Positions 1 through 13,600 of a stretch of 64,000 nt of DNA are shown here, piece after piece. The notes under the pieces are model-generated. The model saw only the letters and a list, made by a program, of their open reading frames with translations. It had not been told where the DNA came from and did not search any database. Source of the DNA: Mobula hypostoma (taxonomy: Eukaryota); assembly GCF_963921235.1 (NCBI RefSeq), contig NC_086097.1, forward strand, positions 243,290,001 to 243,354,000, written 5' to 3'. The number at the start of each line of letters is the position of its first letter. The first letter of the stretch is position 1. A program made the position numbers and the translations under genes.

Positions 1-675
1 CCACAAGTGCCAAGCCCTGTTGGCAGAGGATGGAAGATGGAGAGAGAAGAGGAAGCTGAACTGTTGGTGGCGCACTGGATGGAAGGCTGCAAGAACCCGA
101 GGCTGTCCTGGATCTACTGGCCTGTAACTGTCTAAAAAAATATTCACTCCCAAGATGTATGTGTGTTGCAAATGGCCTCAGATGTACTGACATGTGTAGA
201 CTGGCAGACTGTGAGAACCAGGCATCCACCTCAGAGAGTGTGGAAAGTTCAGATAAAGATGTGGAAGATTATTAATAGGTTATGAAGGTATGGAAAACAA
301 TGTTAGGAAAGCAGTCTTTGATTAAGTATATTCATTTTACAACCAAATGCGGCCTAGGTTACCCCACATGTGAATTATTGTACTGTAATTCTGTGCGCTA
401 TGACAAAAACTTAAGATTGTTTTGATTTGATACAACAATATGGAAAATATCATGACATTGATAAAACTCCAGAAATCTCTCCAAATGAGGTTTTTTTTAC
501 TTTTTGGGGGGTGGGGGGTAACATTTTCTGCTGTACTGATGTTAATATGGAATATAGACAAAAATGATTATGTATTTGAATTCCTGAATAAATTGTCTAC
601 AAATCCATGTGATTACATGTGTCCTAAGGTTTTTATTGACTTTTCCAAAATAAACAACAGACAAATATTTTTCTA
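1..675 (+). mobile_element. 3' end of a probable Academ-type DNA transposon (frameshifted Cys-rich transposase C-terminus plus terminal region)
   Basis: Frame 1 gives PQVPSPVGRGWKM...LVAHWMEG. After a frameshift it continues PEAVLDLLACNCLKKYSLPRCMCVANGLRCTDMCRLADCEN, a CXC/Cys8-type finger. The region ends in ...tttttCTA at 675. Confidence 0.5.
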
Positions 676-1140
676 AAAATGAAATGATTCACTCTCCTGA
701 AATTGGGCACTGTACTGTGAGTGCCACCAACAACATAGTTTTCAATGTAGAATATTATAGCAACATTTGAAGAAAAGTGCTTGAACTCAGCTATCATTGT
801 GAGAAATTTCAATGTTGAGGGATCACTAATGACAAAATACCGCTGGGTTGAATATATATGTTGTACTTTATATTGGCCACTTTTCAGAAATGCTGATTTT
901 AGGGTAGTGTTATAAAATGCATGATAGCACACATAAAGCTACCACTGGTGCAATGCTGTCACATATTTCCTAACTCTGGAGATGTACACCTTGCCAAAAA
1001 TCACTATGAGCATCATTCTCCTCAGATGGTACTGACCAACCCTACTGGCTCACGGATTAGGTTGAGAAGGATGATAAATCGGCCATGATTGAATGGCAGA
1101 GCAGATTGGGATTCAGAATCAGGTTTATTATCACCAGCAG

Positions 1141-1592
1141 GTGTCACTGGTTTGGGGAGCATGCCTTACGAGTATAGATTGAGTGAACTTAGTCTTTTCT
1201 CCTTGGACCGACAGGGGATGAGAGGTGACCTGGTAGAGGTGTATAAGATGATGAGAGGAATTGATCGTGTCGATAGTCAGAGGCTTCTTTCGAGGGCTGA
1301 GATGGCTATCATGAGAAGACACAATTTTAAGGTGCTTGGAAGGAGATACAGACGAGTTGTCAGGGGTAAGTTTTTTATGCAGAGTGGTGAGTGCGTGGAG
1401 TGGGCTGCCGGCGACAGTGGTGGAGGCAGATGTGATAAGGTCTTTTAAGAGACTCCTGGACAGGTACATGGAGCTTAGAAAAATAGAGGGCTATGGGTAA
1501 CCCTAGGTAATTTCTAAAGTAAATGCATGTTCAGCACAGCATTGTGGGCCAAAGGGCCTGTATTGTGTTGTAGGTTTTCTATGTTTCTATGT
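1141..1592 (+). mobile_element. CR1 LINE 3' fragment
   Basis: [33 protein letters not shown]-terminal motif and (tttctatg)n tail. Confidence 0.85.
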
Positions 1593-1697
1593 GTTGTGAA
1601 ATTTGTTAACTTAGCAGCAGTAGTTCAATGCAATACATAATATAGAAGAGAAAAAGTAAAAATATATAAATAAAGCAAATCAATTAGAATATACGTA

Positions 1698-2273
1698 TGA
1701 AAAACTCTGCTTCCGTCAGCTGCGTAAGTCTAGGGAACACAATCTCTGGCCCCGGCAAACATGTGAGATTTGAGGTGCAAAACCCCCAAACCCCCGTTTG
1801 TGTGGAAGCTGCGTGATTCGTTACCCTGTTACAAATAAGTGTCGCGAAATAACAGACGGTACACCCCATACAATTAAACAAGTTAGCTTTATAATTCTTA
1901 ATTTGACTAAAGGGTTAGTAAAGAAATAGCAAAAAAAAAGAAAAGGGCCCATTTTAATGAAACGGTCTAATGTGCACAAGTTGGAGCTCGTTTCCCCTTG
2001 GCCGATCCCCCTTCCATCTCCTCGGGCTTTGTCGAATCATGGCCCTGCTCCGGGTCGAGTCCTACAACTTCTTCTCTCTGGCGTCTTCTCCCTTCATCTC
2101 CCAGCGAACGACAGACCCAGCTCACACCAGTGTCAGGCACACAATATGAAAACACACTTCCCTCACTGGATGGCTCACATTGCAAAGCTCCCATTTTCTC
2201 TAACCATAACTCAAATACTGTTTCTACAGAAAGACCATTACATTAACAGTGAAACCTTTCCCAGGGTGTTAAA
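1698..2273. mobile_element. Possible solo LTR inserted in the Rex1 3'UTR
   Basis: 576-bp block interrupting the Rex1 UTR. It begins TG, ends gtgttaaa (degenerate tgttaca) and is flanked by cgta/tgta, a possible 4-bp TSD. Confidence 0.4.
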
Positions 2274-3029
2274 TGTATATCGAATAGATTAAAAACCATG
2301 CAAAAACAAATCATATATACTAAAAAAGTGAGGTAGTGTTCATGAGTTCAATGTCCATTTAGGAATTGTATGGCAGAGGGGAAGAAGCTGTTCCTGAATC
2401 GCTGAGTGTGTGCCTTCAGGCTTCTGTACCTCCTACCTGATGGTAACAGTGAGAAAAGGGCATGCCCTGGGTGTTGGAGGTCCTTAATAATGGACATTGC
2501 CTTTCTGAAACACCGCTCCCTGAAGATGTCCTGGGTACTTTGTAGGCTAGTACCCAAGATGGAGCTGACTAGATTTACAACCCTCTGCAGCTTCTTTCGG
2601 TCCTGTGTGGTAGCACCCCACCACTCCCCCACCACCTCCATACCAGACAGTGATACAGCCTGTGAGAATGCTCTCCACAGTACATCTATAGAAGTTTTTG
2701 AGTGTTTTTGTTGACATACCAAATCTCTTTGAACTCCTAATAGAGTATAGTCACTGTCTTGCCTTCTTATAGCTGCATTGATATGCTGCGACCGGGTTAG
2801 GTCCTCAGATATCTTGACACTCAGGAACTTGAAACTTGTGACCGTGTGTGCGCTCGCTATTTTGTATGGACTACGTTCTCGACCTTGGCCCCAGAAGGAT
2901 GCTGTTTCATTCGGCTGTATTCATGTAGATTTAAATGATAATTAAACTTTAACTTGTTTTGATTTTACTTGATTTGAAATGCCAATTGGACCTCTATTGA
3001 ATCAGACAGTTGCCATGTCTTGTTGCTGT

Positions 3030-3570
3030 TGCTGTCTAGACTGAGCAACCTTAGAATATATTCCGCCTGGGTGGCCTCCAACCTGAAACAGCACCTTCTA
3101 TTCTGTCTGTGTAGCCTCCAACCTGATGGCATGAACATCGATTTCTTGAACTTCCAGTCATTGTCCCCCCTTTAACCATACCCCATTCCCATTTCCCTCT
3201 CTCACCTTATTTCCTTACCTATCCATCACCTCCCTCTGGTGTTCCTCCTCCTTCCCTTTCTTCCAAGGCCTTCTACCAGATTCACCCTTCTGCAGCCCTT
3301 TATATCTCTTTCGCCAATCGACTTTCCAGCTCTTTACATCACCGTTTCCCTTCTCCTGGTTTCACTTATCACCTACTACCTTGTACTTCTTCCTCCCCTC
3401 CCACTACCTTCTTACTCTGACCTCAATTCTTTCGCTAGTCCTGATGAAGGGTCTCATTCTGAAATGTCGACTATTTACCGTCCCATAGATGCTGCCTGGC
3501 CTGCTGAGTTCCTCCAGCATTTTGTGCGTGTTGCTTTGATTTCCAGCGTCAGTAGATTTTCTCGTGTTTT
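3030..3570 (+). mobile_element. Penelope-like element 3' end / pLTR with hammerhead motif at 3436-3473
   Basis: Remnant of the [10 protein letters not shown] terminus, then a pyrimidine tract, then TAGTC CTGATGA ... GAAA TG TC GACTA. Confidence 0.8.
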
Positions 3571-3876
3571 CGAATATAATTGTATTGAAGCTACATGAAC
3601 AAAAGTTACCTGTAGTCTCCCCCAGCACGTTTCTCCCAGTACAAGGATCTGAACTGAGTACGCTACCAGCATTTGAAACATCCTCACAGTTCACTCGTAC
3701 TATTGGATTCCAGGTATTTTATGATAACGTCATTAAACTTAGATACACTGCTTTATTGTGCTAATGGCTCTAACCACCTACACTCCAAGTAAATATTTTG
3801 GCGATCGTTTGCAGCTTTGCATGATAAATGTTCCATTAGAAAATCAGTTAGTCTGACAAATAAGGTTATCCACAAT

Positions 3877-3970
3877 CCTGACGAAGGGTCTCGGCCTGAA
3901 ACGTCGACTGTACCTCTTCCTAGAGATGCTGCCTGGCCTGCTGCGTTCACCAGCAACTTTGATGTGTGTT
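3877..3970 (+). mobile_element. 94-bp Penelope pLTR-derived insertion carrying the hammerhead core
   Basis: Perfect 12-bp TSD gttatccacaat at 3865-3876 and 3971-3982. Confidence 0.85.
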
Positions 3971-4105
3971 GTTATCCACAATTCTTTATAGTTTGACTTA
4001 TGAAAAGTCAATGAATTTGAAGTTGCCACATCTTTCTGCAAAGATTAATGCTTTTTGCTTTGATGTGAGACAATATGTGAGACAATATTGATTAATTTAA
4101 TGAAC

Positions 4106-4111
4106 TTTATT
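4106..4111 (-). promoter_or_regulatory. Candidate polyadenylation signal AATAAA
   Basis: tttatt on the + strand, about 220 nt downstream of the stop codon in AT-rich unique sequence. An alternative lies at 3752-3757. Confidence 0.4.
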
Positions 4112-4328
4112 ACAATTTTTTGCAAAATACCAAGTTACAGGTGAACAGAAGATATCAAATTCTCAATTTTATGTTAATAGCAGAATCGTTTTGAATTGTT
4201 CATGTGTGTGGCTTTTGTCAACAGAGCCTTAATTAAATCCTGTATGCAGTATACAAACAGTATATTTTTGCATCAGTTTATAGTTTGTCACTGAGAGTAA
4301 TGAAGCATCCATATCAAACTATCATAAT

Positions 4329-4657
4329 CTATTGCTTTTCATGCTGCACCAGTCCAGTCTTACCAACTTTTTTTAGTCGAAGCCTGCGCAACAGCTTTTT
4401 GTACACATTGTGAGCTCTGGCCTTTTTCAGGGCACGAATTAGTGCCCTAACGGTGTCCATGCTGGGATTTTCCATTTTCCATTGCTTCAGCTGAACAAAC
4501 ATCTGATTTCGGACTGGCCTTCTCCTCTGCAGCCACTGTAAGCGCTGCACACTCACCGCCTTTCCAGGCAAACTCTCCATCAGTGTTCTCAGCTGCTTCG
4601 AAGTCAGCTTCTGCTGAGCGATAAATTTCAAGATGGCTTCATCGCACAGTGCAATAT
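4329..4657 (-). CDS. TNFRSF11B-like: Terminal coding exon: death-domain-like region plus basic C-terminus ([33 protein letters not shown]...[23 protein letters not shown])
   Basis: Acceptor tggtttacctcag| at 4658, phase 1, in frame to TAG at 4331-4329. Resembles the OPG motif DIDLCE...[16 protein letters not shown]. Confidence 0.88.
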
Positions 4658-7600
4658 CTGAGGTAAACCAGAACAGGTGTGGAAGGTTATATTTTCAATT
4701 AATCACTTTCAAGTTCTTAATTGTTTGCACAGTTTGGCTTCTTTTACACATTGGTTGTTTCTCAGTTTTGGTACCTTTGAACAAAGTGTACAACTCTGAA
4801 CTTTTTCTTTTTCATTGTTTTCATCTTATTTCAATGCACAGGTCACAATACATCTGTAATGAGGCTATAACTAGAGGTCAAGGCTTGAGACCATGAGATA
4901 TAGGAGCAGAGTTAGGCCACTTCGCCCATCGAGTCTGCTCCACCATTTTCTCTCAGCCCCAATCTCCTTCCTTCTCCCCCTTACATTACTGGGATCCAGC
5001 TACCAGACATGGAGACAACCTACAACTCTCAGTGCCTATGGTGTGCTTGTAACATCATTAAAGAACCGTCCCATCCCAGACACAGTCTGTTCAATCTCCT
5101 GCCAGCTGGTAGAAGGCACAGAAACATCTTATGTTCTTCCTGTGAATGCATGGGTTTCCTCTGGGTGATCTGGTTTCCCCCCACAGTCCAAAGACTTACT
5201 GGGTAGAAGGTTAACTGGTCACTGTAAACTGTCCTCTGATTAGGTTAGTGTTAAATAAGTGGGTTGCTAGGCAATGTGGCTCTTTGGGCTGAAAGAGCCT
5301 GTTTTGCACTGCATCTCAAAATAAATAAACTAATTTGGCCTGATGCCCATGTTATCCATTCAGCCATGTTATCATACGGAAACCCTTTCATTCCTGGAAT
5401 CATTCTTGTGAATCTTCTCTGAACACTCTCCAATGCCAATATATCCTTTCTAAAACAAGGAGCCCAGAACTGCTCACAATACTCCAGGTGTGCTCTCACG
5501 AGTATCTTATAGAGCGGGGGTCCCCAACCTTTTTTGCACCACGGACCGGTTTAATATTGACAATATTCTTGCGGACCGGCCGACTGGGGTGGGTGTTCAA
5601 GTAGGGTTAAACTCACCTCAACATGTCTTTTACAGTTAGGGTTGCCAACTTTCTCACTCCCAAATAAGGGACAAAAGTAGCAGTCAAATCCCGGGACACT
5701 TTACCCCAGGGAAGACTACCATGACCATGAAGCCTTGCGCGGGCACCTGCGTGCGCATGCGTGACGTGCGCATGAGCGTATGTGCCAATTTTCTTTTATC
5801 CCCCCCACAAATCGGTTTTGCCTTCATCTTCCCGACTATACTGTACATACATTATTTCTACTTTATATACGCTGTGTATTTATCATATCATTCCTGCTTT
5901 TACTATATGTTAGTGTTATTTATTTTCGGTTTTATGTGTTATTTGGTATGATTTGTTAGGTTATTTTTTGGGGTCTGGGAACGCTCAAAAATTTTTCCTA
6001 TATAAATTAATGGTAATTGCTTCTTCGCTTTACGCCATTTCAGCATGAAAGGTTTCATAGAAACGCTCTACCTTAGCGGGGGAAATATGGGACAAGGGTA
6101 GTCCCGTATGGGACAAACCAATTTAGCCCAATATACGGGATATCCTGGCAAATACGGGACAGTTGGCAACCCTATGTTCAAGTTCAACAGTGCGTGACAG
6201 TGAATGAGGAAAGGTGCAGCTGACTCATATCGTTTCCTCGCGGCCTGGTAGCATATGCTTTGCGTGCCAGTACCAGTCCGTGGCCCGGTGGTTGGGGATC
6301 GCTGTTATAGAGCCTCAACATCACATCCCTGTTCATACATTCTATACCTCTAGAAATGAATGCCAACATTGCATTCGCCTTCTTCACAACGACTCAACCT
6401 GGAGGTTAACCTTTAGGGTATCTTGCACAAGGACTCCTAAGTCCCTTTGCATCTCTGCTTTTTGAATTCTCTCCCCATCTAAATAATAGTCTGCCAATTT
6501 GTTTCTTCCACCAAACTGCATGACCATACACTTTCCAACATTGTATTTCATTTGCCACTTCCTCAACCTATCTAAGTCTCTCTGCAGACTCTCTGTTTCC
6601 TCAACACTAACTGGTCCTCCACTTATCTTTGTATTATCGGCAAATTTAGCCACAAATCCATTAATACTGTAGTCCAAATCGTTGACATATATCATAAAAA
6701 GCAGCAGTCCCAAGACCAACCCCTGTGGAAATCTATTGGTAACCGGCAACCAGCCAGAATAGGATCCCTTTATTCCCACTCTCTGTTTTCTGCCGACCAG
6801 CCACTGCTTCACCCATGCTAGTAACTTCCCTGTAATTCCATGGGCTCTTATCTTGCTAAGCAGCCTCATGTGCAGCATCTTGTCAATGGCCTTCTGCAAA
6901 TCCAAGTACACCACATCTACTACATCTCCTTTGTCTACCCTGCTTGTAATCTCCTCAAAGAATTGCAGTAGGTTAGTCAGGCAGGATTTTCCTTTTAGGA
7001 AACCATGCTGGCTTTGGCCTATTTTGTCATATGTCCCCAGGTACTCCATAATCTCATCCCTAACAATGGATTCCAACAACTTCCCAACCACCGATGTCAG
7101 GCTAACAGGTCTATAATTTCCTTTCTGCTGCCTCCCACCCTTCTTAAATAGTGGAGTAACATTTGCAATTTTCTATTCATCCAGTACCATGCCAGAATCT
7201 GTCGATTCTTGAAAGATCATTAATGCCTCTACAATCTCTCCAGCTACTTCATTCAGAACCCGAGGGTGCATTCCATCAGGTCCAGGAGATTTATCCACCC
7301 TCAAACCATTAAGCTTCCTGAGCACCCTTTCAGTCGTAATTTTCACTGCACATACTCCACTTCCCTAACACTCTTGAATGTCTGGTATACAGCAGACGTC
7401 TTCCACTGTGAAGACTGATGCAAAATATGTATTCAATTCCTTTGCCATCTCTGTATCTCTCATTACAATATCTCCAGCGTCATTTTGTATTGGTCCTATG
7501 TCTACCCTTGACTCTCTTTTACCCTTTATATACTTTAAAAAGCTTTTAGTATCTTTGATATTAGTCACCAGCTTCCTTTCATAATTCATCTTTTCCTCCT

Positions 7601-10600
7601 AATCAGCTTCCTAGTTTCCTTCTGCAAGTTTTTAAAAGCTTCCCAATCTTCCCACTAGCTCTGACTTCCTGGTATGCCCTCTCTGTTGCTTTTACTTTGG
7701 CTCTGACTTCACTTGTCAGCCATGGTAGTGACCTTCTTCCCTTTGAAAATTTCTCCTTATTTGGAATATAGTACATTACAACCCGATATTACACTCACAG
7801 TTGCCATTTCAGCTTGATGTGTTGTCCAATATTTGATGTCTCATTTTCCATAGCAACGCAAGCTGTAAACATTCCCCAACTCTCCCACCCCCGGTGGGTG
7901 TATCAATAGAAAAACCTGACCCTGATGTTTACAGTTAATTAATCCACAGCTGGATCCTCACTGCAGACATGTTACATCTCTCTAACAGAATGAATTCTAA
8001 TACCGAGGCAGACGGGAATGGGCAATAGGTCGACAGCGGATGTTGTTTCATTGAATCTTCTCGCAGCTTTGGAAACCTGAACAACACTAATACTTACTGT
8101 ATAAGCAGGTTGTTGTTCATTGTCAACAGCTCAGTGTTTGACAAAATCATTCCTACAGTTCCGTTCAAAAAGGTCTAAAACCTGGACCTCCTCACCTCCC
8201 TCTGCAACTGGCTCCTTGACTTCCTCACTGGAAAACCGCAGTCTGTGCAGATTGGTAATGACATATCACCTCTGCCGACAATCAACACTAGCACATCTCA
8301 AGGATGTGAGCTTAGCCCACTGCTCTGCTCCCTCTACTCCTATGACTGTGTGGCTAAGCACAGCTCGAAATCCATCCAAATTTGATGACAACACAACTAT
8401 TGGCAGAATTTCAGATGGTGACGAGAAGGCATTCAGGAGCAAGTTAGAAACATAAAAAAAAATAGAAAACCTACAGCACAATACAGGCCGTTCGGACCGC
8501 AAAGTTGTGCCAAACATGTACGTACTTTAGAAATTACCTAGGGTTACCCATAGCCCTCTCTTTTTCTAAGCTCCATGTACCCATCCAAAAGTCTCTTAAA
8601 AGACCCTATCATGTCCGTCTCCACCGCCGTTGCCAGCAGCCCATTCCATGCACTCAGCACTCTTTGCGTAAAAAAACTTACCCTTGACATCTCCTCTGTA
8701 CCTGCTCCCAAGCACCTTAAACCTGTGTCCCCTTGTGGCAGCCATTTCAGCCCTGGGAAAACGCCTCTGACTATCCACATGATCAATGCCTCTCATCATC
8801 TTATACACCTCTATCAGGTCACTTCTCATCCTCCGTCGCTCCAAGGAGAAAGGGCTGAGTTCACTCAACCTGTTTTCATAGGGCATGCTCCCCAATCCAG
8901 GCAACAAGTTAGATCTGCTGGTTGAGTGGTTTTCACAGTAATAACCTTGCACTCACATTAGTAAGACCCAGAGCTGATTGTGGACTTCAGAAAGGATAAG
9001 ATGGGAGTGCATACCAGTCCTCATCAAGGGATCAGAATTGGAAAGGGCGAGCAATTTCAAGTTTCTGGGTGTGAACATCCCTCAGGATCTATCCTGGGGC
9101 CAACATATCAACACAGTTATAAAGAAGACAGAACAGTGGCTATATTTCATTAGAAGTCTGAGGACATTTGGTATGTCGGGTAAGACACTCGCAAATTTCT
9201 ACAGACGTACCGTGGAGAGCATTCTAACTGGCTGCATTATCGTCCGGTACGTGGGGGGCAGAGGACACTAATCAGGATTGAAATAAGCTGCAGAAAGTTG
9301 TGAATTCAGTCAGCTCCATCATGGGCACTAACTCCCCCAGCATCCAGAAAGTTTTCAAGGAGTGATGCCTTGAAAAAGTGGCATCTGTCTTTGAGGATCC
9401 CCACCAACCAGGACATGCCCTCTTCCCATTGCTTCTATCAGGGGGGATGTATAGGAGCCTGAAGACACACAATCAATGAGTTAACAACAACTTCTTCCCC
9501 TCTGTCATCCAATTTCTCAATGGATATTCAACCCAGGCACACTACCTTTTTACATTTTTTTTTCGCTTTTTGCACTACATATTTAAGTTAACTTTTTAAT
9601 ATATATAAATACACTTACTGTAATTTACATTTTTATTATAATAAATTGCACTGTACTGTTGCATAATAGCAAATTTCATGACATATGCCAGTGATATTAA
9701 TCCTGATTTGAACATAAATTATAATATTCAGTTTTGTGATGATCTTTATTTTTTTAGCTTGTAGCCCAGTGGGCAAAATGATGTAACTGGCTAAGATAAG
9801 GATATTAAGGGGACAGGGAGTAAATAATAAAGATGTAAAGATTATAGATTAGCCTTAGTTGTCACAAGTAGTTCAAAACATTGAAGTGTACAGTGAAATG
9901 CATCATTTGTGTCGACGACCAACACAGACTGCAAGTGGCGCCATATATATCCAGCGCCAGTATAGCGTGCCCACAGATTAATAAACGTAACCTGTTAGTC
10001 TTCGGAATCTCCGAGGAAACTGGAGCACCTGGAGGAAACCCACGCAGCAAAACCTCCTTACAGTGAGAATTGAGCTCAGCTCGCTGGCGCTGTAAACTGT
10101 TATGTTAAACTTCTACGCTACCAGCTGTCACAAGATTGCTGCTATGGAAAGCATGTGAAGCAAAAAGGAGATATCTAGGCTGTCGCCTCATTTTAACCTC
10201 CTCTTCTTCCTGTCTTCCTGGAACTTTTCACTTCCCTCTTTGAGAGGTGCAGGAACCTAAAGACACATACACAACATTTCAGGAACAGCTTCTTCCCTTC
10301 TGTCATTGTTTTGTTAAATGAAACCATGAACGCCTCCACACTATTTTTCCTTTTCTTGTTGCACCACTAATTTATTTTTTATAGAGACTTCTCATTGTAA
10401 TTTATGGTTTTGCTATGATGTGTTGCAATATACTGCTGCCAAAAAACAGCAAATTTCATAAAATTTGCTGGGGGTAGTAAACCTGATTGCAATTCTGTTT
10501 ACAACTTCCTCCACTCAGCTGCGCTTCCTCCACCAACTTCCCCTCATCCCATTTCACAACACATTTTCTTCCTCCTTCTCCCCCTCCACCCCCCCACCGC

Positions 10601-13600
10601 CAAGACTCATCAGGATGTTGTCAGGATTTTATTGCCTTCCGTAGATACGAATGATCTGCTGAGTTCCCATAGCGCGTCACGTATATTCCCCAAGGTTTCC
10701 AGTATCTGTAGAATCCCTTGTGCTTAATACTTGATCTCCAAACCTCTTTACCAGGGCCACTAGCATATAGCAAAGGAAGATCAGGTAGTCTGTAGAAAAG
10801 CTAATTGAATGGAGGCCAAAGCTTCAATCAGCATCCTGCAAATATGTTCCAGAGCTTCATTTGCTCCTGTGAGTGCGACTCGGAGGAGTGTAACCTACTC
10901 TGGGAAGGTCAAGGCACTGCTCATCCCAGCAACTGAGTGACACAGCCCAAAGTCAGCCCCCACCAGACAATGGTTGTAGTCTCTTGTATATCTCTTTCAC
11001 TTGAAAGTTGATATTTTGTGGTTACAAGTCCTGTACAATGGCATTCTTGTGCGAGTCTTTTGTATTAGAAATAACCAAGGAATCAACCACTGAACTAAAC
11101 AAAACCCTATTTTGGCTCTCTTTGCATCATGAAATGACACAATGTGATTGATGGAATGCAGCATAGGGAAGTACATGGAGCTTAGAAGAATGTGGGGGTG
11201 GGGAATCTCATTGAAACCTATCGAATATTGAAGGACTGGACGTGAAGAGAATATTCCTTGTATTGGAGGAGTCTAAGATAAGAGGAGAGTCTCAGAATAC
11301 AAGGACATCCCTTTAGAACAGTGATGATAAAAAATTTCTTTAGCCAGAGGATGGTAAATCTGTGGAATTAATTGCCACAGATAGATGTGGAGGCCAAGTC
11401 ATCGAGTATATTTAAAGTGGAGGTTGATAGGTTCTTAATTAGTAGGGTTGCCAAAGGCTACAGGGAGAAGGCAGGAGAATGGTAACAGGAACATCGAGGA
11501 GCAGATAGGGAGACAGATTTTGGAAAGGACTGATAATAATAGGGTTGTTGTGGTGGGAGATTTTAATTTCCCAAATATTGATTGGCATTTCCCAAGAGTG
11601 AGGGGTTTAGATGGGGTAGAGTTTGTTAGGTGTGTTCAGGAAGGTTCCCTGACACAATATGTAGATAAGCCTACATGAGGAGAGGCTGTACTTGATCTGG
11701 TACTGGGAACCGAACCTGGTCGGGTGCCAGGTCTCTCGGTGGGAGAGCATTTTGGAGACAGTGATCACAATTCTGTCTCCTTTACCATAGCGTTGGAGAC
11801 GGATGGGAGCAGACAAGTTAGGGAAATGTTTAATTGGAGTAAGGGGAAATATGAGGCTATCAGACAGGAACTTGGAAACATAAATTGGAAACAGATGTTC
11901 TCAGGGAAACGTATGGAAGAAATGTGGCAAATGATCCGGGGATATTTGCGTGGTGTTCTGCATAGGCATGTTCCAATGAGACAGGGAAAGGACGGTAGGG
12001 TACAGGAACCGTGGTGTACAAAGGCTGCTGCATATCTAGTCAAGAAGAAAAGAAAAGCTTATGAAAGGTTCAAAAAACTAGGTAATGATAGAGATCTAGA
12101 AGATTATAAGGCTAGCAGGAAGGAACTTAAGAATGAAATTAGAAGAGCCAGAAAGGGCCATGAGAAGGCCTTGGCAGACAGGATTAAGGAAAACACCAAG
12201 GCATTCTACAAGTAAGTGAAGAGCAAGAGGATAAGATGTGAGAGAATAGGACCAATCAAGTGTGACAGTGGAAAAGTGTGTATGGAACTGAAGAAAATAG
12301 CAGAGTTACTTAATGAATACTTTACTTCAGTATTCACTATGGAAGAGGATCTTGGCAATTGTAGGGATGACTTGCAGTGGACTGAAAAGCTTGATAATGT
12401 AGTTATTAAGGAAGAAGATGTGCTGGAGTTTTTTGGAAAGCATCAAGTTGGATAAGTCACCAGGACTGGTCAGGATGTACCCCAGGCTACTATGGGAAGC
12501 AAGGGAGGAGATTGCTGAGCCTCTGGTGATGATCTTTGCATTATCAATGAGGACGGGAGAGGTTCCAGAAGATTGAAAGTTTGCGGATGTTGTTCCCTTA
12601 TTCAAGAAAGGGAGTAGGGATAGCCCAGGAAATTATGGACCAGTGAATCTTACTTCAGTGGTTGGTAAGTTGATGGAGAAGATCCTGAGAGGCAGGATTT
12701 ATGAACATTTGGAGAGGCATAATATGATTAGGAATAGTCAGCATAGCTTTGTCAAAGGCAAGTCATGACTTATGACCCAGATTGAATTTTTTGAAAATGT
12801 GATTAAACACATTGATGAAGGTAGAGCAACAGATGTAGTGTATATGGATTTCAGCAAGGCATTTGATAAGGTATCCCATGAAAGGCTTATTGAAAAGGTA
12901 AGGAGGCATGGGATCTAAGGGGACATTGCTTTGTGGATCCAGAACTGGCTTGCCCACAGAAGGCAAAGAGTGTTTGTAGACGGGTCATATTCTACATGGA
13001 GTGGTGTGCCTCAGGGATCTGTTCTGGGACCCCTACTCTTTGTGATTTTTATAAATGACCTGGATGAGGAAGTGGAGGGATGGGTTTGTAAGTTTGCTGA
13101 CAACACAAAGGTTGGGGGTGTTGTGGATAGTGTGGAGGATTGTCAGAGGTTACAACTGGACATTGATAGGATGCAAAACTGGGCTGAGAAGTGGCAGATG
13201 GAGTTCAACCCAGATAAGTGTGAGGTGGTTCATTTTGGTAGGTCAAATATGATGGCAGAATATAGTATTAATGGTAAGACTCTTGGCAGTGTGGAGGATC
13301 AGAGGGATCTTGGGTCTGAGTCCATAGGACACTTAAAGCTGCTACGCAGGTTGACTCTGTGGTTAAGAAGGCATACAGTGCATTGGCCTTCATCAATCGT
13401 GGGATTAAGTTTAAGAGCCGAGCGGTAATTTTCCTATATAGCTTATGTACCCCATTGATCGTGTGGAGAGTCAGAGGCTTTTTCCTAGCACTGAAGTGGC
13501 TAGCGCGAGAGGGCATAGTTTTAAGGTGCTTGGAAGTAGGTACAGAGGCGATGTCATGGGTACGGTTTTATGCAGAGAGTGGTGAGTGCGTGGAATGGGC

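Larger units (their letters stand above)
1108..2835 (-). mobile_element. Rex1/Babar-type LINE 3' fragment, interrupted by a CR1 piece and a possible solo LTR
   Basis: ORF 2348-2722 ends ...[39 protein letters not shown]. The 3'UTR pieces at 1108-1140, 1593-1697 and 2274-2347 resemble other copies in the window. Confidence 0.75.
5340..7770 (-). mobile_element. CR1 LINE ORF2 remnant, interrupted by hAT MITEs
   Basis: ORF 6384-7091 has [23 protein letters not shown] and KFADNTK; ORF 5251-5499 has [11 protein letters not shown]. Confidence 0.9.

Noticed and set aside
10700..11150. Unique-looking intronic block considered as a missing first death-domain exon
   Set aside because: All three minus-strand frames have stops within the part checked by eye (10741-10980), and no LPG/W-type motif was seen.
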